From contig NOWV01000132.1 in the NCBI GenBank assembly GCA_003344405.1, positions 124,001-188,000 on the forward strand: a stretch of 64,000 nt of DNA, in the 5' to 3' direction. Position numbers and translations under genes: made by a program. Of the stretch, positions 26,801 to 39,739 are shown in pieces. Below the pieces are notes generated by a model that saw nothing but the letters and a program-made list of their open reading frames with translations, had not been told where the DNA came from and did no database searches. Source of the DNA: Trichoplax sp. H2 (taxonomy: Eukaryota). Each line of letters starts with the position of its first letter. The first letter of the stretch is position 1.

Positions 26801-29800
26801 TTCACGTTATTAATATATTTACTAGGAGTTACTGATAATTCATCGTACCTTATTTTCTTCCCCAAGCTAGCTAAGGCTTGATATCTCAATGATATCGATA
26901 ATGATAAATGCAAGAAATGAGCTGCCATACTCGTAGAATGGAACCCAATAATTGTAGTTAACATAAGGCAAAGTCTTTTTAAGGCTGTCGAATCATTGGC
27001 GATAAATGATAGCTTTAAAGCCTTATTTAAAGATGTGATTAGTTCAATATCCCTAGTATTCCAACTTTTATCGAAACACTGCACTTGCTGATTTTTGGTA
27101 ATTATAGTTTTTGCTTTTGCCGAAGATGCTACGCCATTCCGTGGTTTGCTTATCCGTTTCTTCGAAGTCTCACTATCATCAACCGCAAGCTTTCCGTTCC
27201 TATTCTTTGGTTTTCGTCCTCTTTTCGTATTTAAGCTCTGTGAAACTCTGAGGATGTGAGAGGCACTACTGCTATCTCCAGATGTAGTTCCTAAAAATTA
27301 AAGAAAATTGGTTTTCGAATAAGGGAGAGGCACTCAAAATGCAATATTAGCGTTCATTACAGCATAATCTTTAACAGTTATTGAATTTTCATACCGGACT
27401 CAGTTTTAGTAAAAATTTGTTGACGTAAATCCCACGAATCATTCAATTTGACTGGTACTTTACTGCCTCCGTCAATAACGGATAAATTAAATTTGATCAG
27501 AGCTTTAACATACAAATGCCAACATTGCAAAGATGGAGAACATTTTTCAGGAGAAATAATTCTTTGAAGTACGTCATTCGCTTGATTCAGCTCTCCTTCC
27601 CGCATGTTTACTTCAGAGTGAAGACAAATGACCTTATTTACTAACTCTATTATAGGAAGATAGCGATTGTCCCACAGTAAATCTATATCAAGATGTTCGC
27701 TTAATTCACCAGAATTCCTCCTTAACACAAGATTTAAGTCAGTTTGTATTTGACGCATCGATTCTACTACACCATCTTCCATAGCATTGAATAAACGTAA
27801 CATGTTATCCAGAATATTTAAACATTCAACATTGTTGCCAATAGTAGAATACGTTTTGGCTTTAACATAGAACACATCCAGTATCATATGTAAGTCTCGA
27901 ATGGTATGCATAGGAAAGCTATTTTTATCACATCCATGTAGATATTTACTCAAGGACATTAACGCTATATTTCTATTTTTTGAGTTACTACTAAATAACT
28001 GATTGACGTTACATATCTTATGTGAGATAGAATTAGCTCGTGTATCATCACATAGATCAATAACGGCTTCTACTTCGAATTTTATCGCGTTTCCAGCTTG
28101 CATCATGAAATCATCGCTTGAATCTTGCTTTCCTCTGAGTAACTCCAGCTCGCTCAATCGAATATTGAAGTAAACAATCCTAAGCAAATCATATAAAGTG
28201 ATTGCTCATTATCAGTAAATAATTAATTCAACTATCCGTAAATCCTTTTAATTAATATAAATAATATAAAGAAAAAACTTCTAAATATAGTCATCACTAG
28301 AAGCAAATTGCTACCTCTTCGACAAGTGTAACATATTAGCCACATGATGGCCTTCCATTAAATATCTTTTACTTTCAGAGACAGTTCCATGTAGACTTAA
28401 GATTTCACTGATTTGTTGTAAAGCCTCCAGGAAATAGTACAAGATGTTCCACTCCGAGTTCTCGGGTGTTGTGCGAATAACACCATTATTTTTATCATTT
28501 GCTATTGAAATATGTTACAATATTCATAAAAAATACTCATTTTTTAAATTTCCATCTGAACCCAATTTATTTAGGCATACATTTAACCTTACCAGGTAGC
28601 GTAATATTTGCAAAACGATTCTTTAACAATATACGACATAAGTGAAGATTCTCCATTGCAGCATCAACAAGTAAATTATGTTCATAAGAACTCCAATCTT
28701 CGCCTGACACCAAGCAGATTGTAGACACCACTGCATGAATATACGATTTTACTTTAACTGACAGTATAGTTTTAGTAAAATGGACAGTCAGGAGGATATT
28801 TCCGATATTTTGCATCGATTCCTTTATCTACGAAAGAAACAACACAATCTGGCTGTAATGTGTTTATTACTATCGCACATATCTGATAATAACATTTAAC
28901 ATACATTTCCCTTTAAAACTTCAACTAAGGCAGTGGTCACTTGAAGGTAAACATCTATCATATCAATTTGCGATGGATTTTCCTTCGATAGCTGATTAAG
29001 AATTTGTCTACCTCTGTTTACTAATGCTGTTGCGTACGATACCAACTTCAGCTGGCAAAGAATATAACATAGCTCACAATACTTCATAACGGTCTGTTGC
29101 TTTATTACATTGTACGATTTCTTGCCTATGCTATCTTCTGTTATAGCTTCACCAAGTATTAACCTCAACGTTAAAGCTTTAATTCGATAACAACTCTGCA
29201 TTGAAAGAAAGCGGATTAGTTTTAGTTTTATTGACAATAATATAGTACCGTATATTCACTATCTCATACATAAAAGTCATACCTCATCATGTAACGCGAA
29301 AAAATCGCTTAGTAACCCTAGATTAGAGCATGTGATGTCAACTCTCCAGATTCTTTTAGAATCGAATTTTCCATCATTTGTGATAGAGCTCCAAATGTTC
29401 ATAGCCAAAATAAAATTTCTTAATGGTAATTCAGCATCTTTTCTGATATCCTGTTGCTACAATAACATTTTTACTAGTAATCAGATTTTACAAATTATGA
29501 GATAATGTTAATCAATTTAATGAAAATAAGCCTACATTAGACATAAGCTCTTCCATAATACAAATGCCAAGCCATAAATGTGCTGTAGCTAAAAGATCTT
29601 TGGCGCAAGGAAAATTTATTTCATCCTTCTCTACTAGTGTTAACGTATTTATAATTTCTTTACATGTATCCCTAGGTAATTCACTTAGATAACAAAGAAT
29701 GAATATATTATTACAACTTGTTCCATAAATATCACAATAACGGTAGAACAAACGCATGTGGCTTACCGTTGCATATCCTGTGATAATCGATTTAATTGCA

Positions 29801-32800
29801 TTAATTCTATTAATATCCAGCACTTATGCTGCAACATATTTCTGCTGTCATATCTTTTTGACAACTCGTTAATAATAGCAATTTGTTCATTTATGGTGTC
29901 CGATCTGTTGTTCATCCACATAGTATAGTGACAAAACGTTAATCATCTGATATAAAGCTAGCTCATTTGTATATTAAGAATAAGCACCCAATATAAATAT
30001 CAGATTAATAAACATTAAAATTTACGAACTTGTTAGTTTTATACGAATTAAATTCCTCTTCTAATAGTGATAGACATTGATCATGATTCATATTTTCCAA
30101 ATCTGATTCCAAAAATCTAGAAATTCGTCAACATGTAATTAGAACTCTTTTGCGCGACAGAATATCTACCTGATAACTGCTTAAACTATTGTACCATATA
30201 GAGTAAGTCATAGTTACCTATTTCTCAAAAGTTGAATGGCATGGTCATCCGTTAATTCTTCTATCGCATTTACTTTAACTTTAACCCAAGTATCTGCTAT
30301 CTTTTGCATTATATGCTGGGGTAATGGCTTAGAAGTTGTCATTAAACTACTAATAAAATCTTTTAGCATTTTGAATGCCTCGTCGTAATTTTTGTAATAA
30401 TTCAGGCAGTCTATACGTAAAACTGTCACTTTTAACAAAATTGCCTAAATAAGATAAATCAATGTTCCATGAGTGACCAATATCAATTTATGTTGATAGC
30501 AATATAGTTTTACTACGCTATGAAAACTAGTCAATCTATCCTGTAAGGTGTAGGAGCGTATTTTAACAACTGCATAGGAAAAGAATGCATAATCTAAAGA
30601 GTAGACTGGCTTACTTACCATACTATTCGTATCTGTTTCCTGACTATCACTTTCATTATTGCGCAATTGTATTAATGTAGTAAATGTGAGACGCAAAACG
30701 GTTTCAGCTACGTCAAAATATTTCTTATTAAATAGAAATAATCCAATAGAATAAGCCACTCCGCCTAGATTTCGTCGTTCCCATGAAATCTTTTTAAGAT
30801 TTGCCATATGTTGGGTAACTCTTAAATTCTCATTGGCGACAACTAGGAATTGATCAGCCAAGTCGCTAATAGTTATTTTTTCTTGAATACCTACATGAAC
30901 ATTGGATTAACAATTTAGGCAATTAAGGGGATGATAAAGCACATACTAAATAAATATTTCATACTCGCTAATCTGAAACGTTTACGACTTAGAAATGATA
31001 AATTGGTATAACACATTACAGAATTGGATAATTTGTTACCTAATATAGATTGGTTAAATTTTATGTACAAAGATAGGATCTTGTAATTGCAGGCAAGTAG
31101 AGGTAGATAACGATCTAATAATTTATTGTTTACGTCTGTTGACGATTTTTCCGTCTTGATACCATCATTTTCCCATTTTGTAGTTAAAGGTATGCTAAGA
31201 CTTAGTAATCGATTATAACTATCCAATATAAAAGCCAGTTGCTTATTATCGTTTTCATGATCGCAACGAGACGAATAATCATGAATGATGTTATTTGCTG
31301 TTAATTTGACAATTTCGAATAATTCAATTAGTATAAATAAACTTTGAGTGAGTTGAAAAGATTTTAAGCATCTCGTCAATTCTTGACAAGCTTGTATAAT
31401 TTGTTTCTGCTTACTGTAGATATTATTGATGGATAGTGTCTCAATAGGTAATTGTGATATTTCAATACTCAATCTAGATAGCGTTGTTACCGCAACAATT
31501 AAAGCTATCATAGACTTGTTAGTATTTTGTTTCGGTAGTAGCAATTTATTCAATTGTTTGATTAAATTAATGGCAGCTTGGCTATTACCGGCTAGGTAAT
31601 GACAACACCAATAATTACTATAAAAGCTTAAGAGGCTTGATAAATTGACAAGTTGCCTTTGATCATCACACGTTAACCAAGCCATAAGCTGTTGTAACTG
31701 TTGGTTTGCCCAATTTTCAAAGTTACCATAGAAATTGGCAATGATTTGGTAATGATTGCAACATTTCTTATCAAATTTAAAAAGGTAAGAATGGCAACTA
31801 CGAATCATTTTATCAACGATCCAATCTAATTGTTGGTTGGCAGCAATGGCGAGCATTAAGCTTAATTTTCGACATTTTAAGACTACAGCTTCTCGTTGAT
31901 CAATATCCCACTTTTCAATTCGGAATGCACAACTCCATAATAATTGATGACCACTAATAAGTAATTTTTGATGCTCATCGTTATCTAAATCTTTCTTTTT
32001 CATTTTTTTATCAGTTAATTTATCATGCAATAACTTGATCCATACCAATGACTGGTTAACAAATTGTTTCTTTAATAGCTTATCCGACATACAATAGATT
32101 AATTTGCCCACTTTCAAGGAATCGACTGTGGTCAGTTGTTGTAGCTTGGATAAATACTGTAGAACAGTATGGGATATTTGGCAAATTGTTTCAACAGTGT
32201 CGAGGTCATGATTGTCTTGAGCTAAAATGTCCACTGATTTTTTGAGCATTTTCATTGCCATAATCACTTCCTGTTTTATAGACTTTGTATTCTTGTTTTG
32301 CTTGTGAATTTTATTCAATGCGGCTATATGATCCTATATTTATGAAGGAAGAGGATGAATCGTATTTGATTTAATGAGTTCGTATATCATTCATGAGCAT
32401 GACTATTATCTAGGGAAGTGGCATCACACATAGACTGGAGTGGTTTTTTTATTAGCCCATGGATCACAACATCGAATTGCAATTTATTCCATTAATTCAA
32501 ATAAATGAAGATGAAACGTATATATCGTATACAGTACTACTGCACCACCCACTAGCTATATCAGTGAGTGTTTCGATTGTGGCTAATCCTACTGTGTTGA
32601 GCAAGAGCGACTGAAGTATGAATCTGTCTTTCTTTCTTCCTCGTTGCAAATCCTACAGTATAAAATGGACAATCTGCTCTTTTTGTACACTTGCATGGCG
32701 TATGGCTATGTTTGTAGACTATTTTAGCATGATCTTAGTGGAAAAGTAGCAGTAAAAGGTTTTTATCCTAGCTGACGAGAACGCAGTCTAGTGTGCAGAT

Positions 32801-33151
32801 CAAAACAACTTGGTTATTGCTTGTACTTGTGTGTCCTCATTGTATAGTATATTGTACACAATTGCATAACGAGATCGATAGGCTTTATATTGTACATAGA
32901 ATGGCCATTTAGTAACTGTACTTTGCTTGCAGTTTGTTGTTCTACAGTATTATAACTAATAAAAAGTAGAATGGTACTACTGCTAATGACCCAGTTGCAA
33001 CGGTTTCAATTTTCAAAATGGAATGGTCCATCGTTAACAAAAGTACTTGTCTATCCATTGAACAATAATATTATTACAGTGGCAATTTTACCTTAATCTT
33101 TGGCAAGATTTCATGGCAACTCGTTGCACTATATTGATCGATTAGATCCAT
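23872..33151 (-). CDS. ESPL1: Separase (separin, C50 cysteine protease), multi-exon
   Basis: C-terminal protease exons: LQHLPWENI..VSRMPSL, FYILNPRNDLPSTE, catalytic YCGHGSG and LLMGCSSG (24312..24421), and PCIVANMWDVTDKDIDRF...LKYLVGASPVVYGIP-stop. Long helical N-terminal exons lie upstream. Putative first exon 33151..33092 (MDLIDQY...) splices in frame to 32333. The N-terminal extent is less certain than the protease domain. Confidence 0.9.
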
Positions 33152-33889
33152 TTTGATTGTATTGGGTAATTCTGCACTTTGACTAGATGGCCTTTTTTAC
33201 TCAATGACCGCAAAGAATGAACTGTTGCTTTTTCTTCCTTGCTGTTGATATCCTCCACTGACAAAGCAGTTGTACCAATACCCAGTGGAAGCCCGTTGCA
33301 GTTCAATTTGAATGTTTTCTCGGTCTGTTCACTTCTGCACGACTTTTTGGAAGATATAAATTGGCAAAGGACCAAAGAAACTCTTCCAGGATAACTGGAA
33401 ATGTTCCTTCACGACATGAAGGAAAAATGGCCAAGACGGAACTGACTGCAGTAGGATGACGGTATTGATACGTAGACGGTTGTGGGGCAAAGCTTGAAGG
33501 TATCGTACACCACTGCAGTTGACGCTCTTGAACGGTCACTTTTCCCTCATACAAAGTCAACAGTGGAAATCCATTGAAATATTTCTTTGTCCTGTGGTTG
33601 ACTTGGATTTTGAATGACCCGCCTTCATTTCAAAAACGGTTCACCCGCAGCGGTACTACAACCGCAAAGCCAGTCAGCACCAGTGACACGATTGCTGTCA
33701 TGGTTGTACTGTACAGTGTACAGTACAGGACGTATCGTAGGGTGTGTACTGTACACTGTAACTTTCAACGCCATTATGGTTGACTGTACTGTAGCAGTCC
33801 AGAGCAGCGCGGTATACTGTACAGTACAGTAGATCCATCGATCGCTCGTCTCAGACTGCCAAACGCTCAAGGACCAAATTCAAGCCATC

Positions 33890-36800
33890 ATGGCAACTGC
33901 ACCTCCATGTAAGTGCTACATAAAGTACAAGATAATCTTGCTCTTGACAAATGCTACATAAAGTACAAGATAATCTTGCTCTTGACAAGTGCTACATAAC
34001 GTACAAGATAATCTTGCTCTTGACAAGTGATACATAAAGTACAAGATAATCTTGCTCTTGACAAGTGCTACATAAAGTACAAGATAATCTTGCTCTTGAC
34101 AAATGCTACATAAAGTACAAGATAATTTTGCTCTTGACAAATGCTACATAAAGTACAAGATAATTTTGCTCTTGACAAGTGCTACATAACGTAGAAGATA
34201 ATCTTGCTCTTGACTAGTGCTACATAAAGTACAAGATAATCTTGCTCTGGACAAGTGCTACATACAGTAAAGTACAAGATAACCTTGCTCTTGACTAGTG
34301 CTACATAAAGTACAAGATAATCTTGCTCTTGACAAATGCTACATAAAGTACAAGATAATTTTGCTCTTGACAAGTGCTACATAACGTAGAAGATAATCTT
34401 GCTCTTGACTAGTGCCACATAAACTACAAGATAATCTTGCTCTTGACAAATGCTGCATAAAGTACAAGATAATTTTGCTCTTGACAAGTGCTACATAACG
34501 CAGAAGATAATCTTGCTCTTGACTAGTGCCACATAAAGTACAAGATAATCTTACTCTGGACAACTGCTACATACAGTAAAGTACAAGATAACCTTGCTCT
34601 TGACTAGTGCTACATAAAGTACAAGATAATCTTGCTCTGGACAAGTGCTACATACAGTAAAGTACAAGATAACCTTGCTCTCGACTAGTGAAGATAATTT
34701 CGCTCTTGACAAGTGATACATAAAGTACAAGATAATCTTGCTCTTGACAAGTGATACATAAAGTACAAGATAATCTTGCTCTTGACTAGTGCTACATAAA
34801 GTACAAGATAATCTTGCTCTTGACAAATGCTACATAAAGTACAAGATAATCTTGCTCTTGACAAATGCTACATAAAGTACAAGATAATTTTGCTCTTGAC
34901 AAGTGCTACATAACGTAGAAGATAATCTTGCTCTTGACTAGTGCCACATAAACTACAAGATAATCTTGCTCTTGACAAATGCTGCATAAAGTACAAGATA
35001 ATTTTGCTCTTGACAAGTGCTACATAACGCAGAAGATAATCTTGCTCTTGACTAGTGCCACATAAAGTACAAGATAATCTTACTCTGGACAACTGCTACA
35101 TACAGTAAAGTACAAGATAACCTTGCTCTTGACTAGTGCTACATAAAGTACAAGATAATCTTGCTCTGGACAAGTGCTACATACAGTAAAGTACAAGATA
35201 ACCTTGCTCTCGACTAGTGAAGATAATTTCGCTCTTGACAAGTGATACATAAAGTACAAGATAATCTTGCTCTTGACAAGTGATACATAAAGTACAAGAT
35301 AATCTTGCTCTTGACTAGTGCTACATAAAGTACAAGATAATCTTGCTCTTGACAAATGCTACATAAAGTACAAGATAATCTTGCTCTTGACAAATGCTGC
35401 ATAAAGTACAAGATAATTTTGCTCTTGACAAGTGCTACATAACGCAGAAGATAATCTTGCTCTTGACTAGTGCCACATAAAGTACAAGATAATCTTACTC
35501 TGGACAACTGCTACATACAGTAAAGTACAAGATAACCTTGCTCTTGACTAGTGCTACATAAAGTACAAGATAATCTTGCTCTGGACAAGTGCTACATACA
35601 GTAAAGTACAAGATAACCTTGCTCTTGACTAGTGCTACATAAAGTACAAGATAATCTTGCTCTCGACAAGTGCTACATAAAGTACAAGATAATTTTACTC
35701 TTGACAAGTGATACATAATCTTGCTCTTGAAAAGTGCTACATAAAGTACAAGATAATCTTGCTCTTAATAAGTGATACATAAAGTACAAGATAATCTTGC
35801 TCTGGACAAGTGCTACATAAAGTACAAGATAATCCTACTCTTGACAAGTGCTACATAAAGTACAAGATAATCCTGCTCTTAACGGATAACTACTGATTAA
35901 TTGCGCCTAATGAATGTGTACAGTATCAAATTATCCGCCTGTACTATTAAGGCGACTCATGCACCTCAAGAAATTGTTAGTCATCATGTCGTATGGTACT
36001 ATTGTACCATACGACTACGACGCATTCATCAGCTAGTCAACTTTGAATCGACATCACACGATAATACTACTACCGGACTTCAAGCAAGGATAAGTTGGAT
36101 AATTTACAATTAAAAACAAGGATAAATTTCAAGATATTAAAGTAAATATCTATGCTACTGTATTACAATAGCATGATAGCATTCTTGGGTGGTAGCAGTG
36201 AAACGCCTGCTAAATACCACGCCTAGGATCGTTTCGTAATACATGATCAGATCTTTGCAACGTTATACTGTAGTCTCAAACCATTCGCGCTAACTTATTA
36301 TTGCACTGGTTCAGTTACTATTTCTATCCTATATATATATATCAGTATATTTTCGATTTCATTGATGATATTAATCTACATTAATGGTACTTTTTCATTT
36401 ATTTATAATTTACTATTTCAGCTGATGAAGCATGGACCAAAAGCATCGAATTATATTGTAAACCATCAGGTATTCTCAAAGTGCAAATGTCACATACGCG
36501 TATAGCAAATAATCCACTACAGTGTATCTTTGCTAAATTCATCCTCTACTTAATATGTGCCTCCTTCTAAAGTTCAATATCAAAATTTTTTTAAAACAAT
36601 ATCACAAACTTTCTTCTCTTGTTAAAATTCCAATAAATAAAAATCCTGTATATGCCATGTCATCGCAGATGTAGTTACAATTTCGGCCCTGATGATTGCA
36701 AGTTACCCACAACATAACTATCAAGATACGTCAATCACCAATTAATGATGTACTTGTGCGTAAAAGTTGGTTCTTTTCACATTATAGTGCATGCAATTAT

Positions 36801-39037
36801 ATCACTTCCATCCACTCGGAGCAGACACTGATTGTTTTTGATCCTAGACATCCTCCCTACAATTACCATCATTACTCTACATCATGGACGAGAACTATAG
36901 ACGATCCGTTACAATTTAAGAGTAGAAATAAAATGTGACGTAAATATAACTTGAATTGCAAGAATTAGACTCAGAATGGACCTATAACTGCCAATTGTGC
37001 TAATGCATTGTCATCTAATATTAGAAACGTAGCTAAGAATAGAATAACTTACGTTGTAGCTAAGATATTGGTATTACTTTCCTTACAGTATAGATAACTT
37101 TGCTTCTCCTGGAAATAACATCGAAATTTTAGCATAGAACGTTATGTTGTATAACATGTATCCGATATTAAATCTACGCAGTATCCTCGTATCAATATAG
37201 TCTTGCAATCATCATAAACAGTGACAATGTTGACGCAGATTCATTTAGATATTTTCGAGCGCATTAAAATTCTTTACTACAGCTTCACTGATAGTCTCTT
37301 CAAGTAATACAAGTAATTACAATTCATCATATTGTTACCCATCCCTTTCTTGTAATCAACTATTTTCAAACTCTTACCAGCTAATACTGTACTGTATTAT
37401 GCAGCCGCTTTAAATCGAGAATGATGAGCATAAATTCAACTAAAGTCTTTACGTATTGAGTGATAACAACATATATCTTCTACATTGGCATAGATGAAGA
37501 ACTTTTATATGAAAAAGGAGAGAAACTTGCTGTTAAGGTTGGACACAACTGAAATTGTAGATTCCTTTGCTGTTATAGTGTGTCCTTTCAATAAAATTCG
37601 ATAATGTGGAACGTTTTAACTTAGACGTTAAAATTTGACCTATTCAAAACTAGATATAACTTCTTACTTTAATGAAATTAATCACTGATAAACTTGCAAT
37701 ATATCAATCGTGCGAAGTCCTATTCCAGAAATAACCGTTAACAATTTACTAATTGTAATAATAGGCTTATCTGGCTATTTCTCGACTTGAATATTCCGTA
37801 CATGTTAGATCTAATACGGAATTTATGTCTCCTTCAGGTACAATTGATTATTAGTACAATTGTTAGATATGTTTCACTACGATCCATCTGGTCATGTACT
37901 TGCAATGAAATTAGCTATTTATGCATATAATGAAATAATTTTATAATATACGGTACCATAACAGGGTCAGTAACTGCCGTATTGCTAGTATTTTAAGACT
38001 TGACATTTGTGCTAGGTGTTGTCCCTATAATCCGTGTCCCACCACTCTTCTTTTGCGGATTTAATGCCATAGCCAACTTTATCGAGCTAAAGGTATCATT
38101 ATCATCATGTATCCGGCATTAAGCTAGCGCTGGTAGTCTCATCGTTTATGTAATTATCAGATAGTCACTGGATACGAATACTGTGCGTACTAATATTTGA
38201 ATTTTCTTTTAACTTGTATAGGAACGCTCCGCTAGTAGCCTTTTAGATTCACAGACAACAGCTGACATGAAAGCTTATATATCGTTAATACAAGATAAAC
38301 TATTACCGGCAGAGGTATGCAAAGTGTAGCCAAATTTCTAATCAGAGTTTCAGCCATCCTAATCATAGCGTACTAACAATTTACTCTATGTCACTATTTG
38401 ACTGTAGATGTGCATTACATGGGGAAACGATGATAATTATGCAAATGTAAATTCCTAGTTTGAAATAACGATTACGTTATTACAACAGATATTGTTCATA
38501 CAAAAATGGTCGTTAACAAAATTCTTTCTACCCGTTTACAGCTGACTAAACACAAATATGGTGATAATCTACCGTCTCCGCTCAATCAGATTATACCTTG
38601 GCTGAAAAGGCAATCAATTATTCGCTCTTTAAGAAATCGAGAATTACCTATTGTCTATAGTGATGCCAAATCAACGATCAAACAAGTTCTACAAGCATTG
38701 TCAAATCGCTTAGGAACAAGTCTTCGCTTTTTTGACGATAGGTGATGATTATGTTCCACAGTATCACAGATATGAATCAATGTTTACGTACTGTAGTTCC
38801 GATAGATAAGCAAATTATACTCTATATAAATCTTTTGTGAATGCCTGTTACATGGAATCTCACGGAAAGGTAACTGAGTTTTTTATTATATTTAGACTTA
38901 CAGAATTGGACGCTTTAGCTTATGGTCATCTAAAATCTATCCAGGATTGTGATTTATTAGAAATAAGAAATCTTCTAACGGACTATCCGAATCTTGTAGT
39001 ATTTTGTAATAATTTCCCAGTTATGAACAATCTGTAA
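33890..39037 (+). CDS. MTX2: Metaxin-2-like mitochondrial outer-membrane protein
   Basis: Exon 1 33890..33908 (MATAPP, donor GTAAGT) is in phase with exon 2 at 36422 (SDEAWTKSIELY). Later exons: LAVKAYL..VRSNTEFMSPSGVVP, ADMKAYISLI, KYGDNLPSPLNQIIPWLKR, LQALSNRLG..FFDDRLTELDALAYGHL, YPNLVVFC. These are metaxin GST-like motifs. Confidence 0.88.
33911..35880. repeat. 38-bp satellite (~50 units) with a 529-bp higher-order repeat, inside metaxin intron 1
   Basis: Unit tacataaagtacaagataatcttgctcttgacaagtgc. The variant pattern at 34339..34867 recurs at 34868..35396 (identical ORF translations offset by 529 bp). Confidence 0.97.
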
Positions 39038-39739
39038 ATCTTTATTGCGCATTAATAAATTAATTATATGATAACATCTAACGGCTGTTTATTGCGATTG
39101 ATTTCGATTAGTTTGACTGGAAAAATCAGTCATTTAAAATTAAGATATCATTTGAACAACTAAACTTGGTGGTGGTCGCCCGATAGTACTGTACAATACA
39201 GGACAAATTTTTAAGAATAAACTGTCATGGATTACATAAATATTATATTTTATAAGATTAAAAGAATATTGTACTGTACTTGAGAAATAGCCACTACAAG
39301 GATTACTTTAAGCACCACGACAGCACAATATACTGCAGTACATAAACTGTACTAGCTAGCTTCTGTTCGTATTTCTACTTAAAGTTGTAATAATCTTACT
39401 AACCCTTAATCTTAAATCCAATGACATGCACTGATTCACGTACAATACAACGTAAGCGTACGTGAGCTATATGCGTATTCGTACAATTCATAAACTTACG
39501 GTAGTCCGTAACTGGACTACGATCCAGATACCTTACGTGTAGGGTAATTAAATACTACAACTATTACAGTTAACCATACTATTAAGGATGTTAACAATAA
39601 TTTCAAGTATCCTGTATCTACTACATCTTCATACCATACCATTATAACGGAAATTGGAGCAATAAAACTTTTATTCAAACATTTAATAAATTTTTATTGA
39701 TATTAATCTACGTAAGGCTTGAATTTTACTTTACAAATT

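Noticed and set aside
33916..35716. Minus-strand ORFs such as MSRARLSCTLC...
   Set aside because: They are translations of the 38-bp satellite. The period is not a multiple of 3, so frames cycle and stop.
33911..35880. CRISPR-like array (palindromic ~38-bp repeats)
   Set aside because: Units are contiguous with no unique spacers, there are no cas genes, and the array is in a eukaryotic intron.
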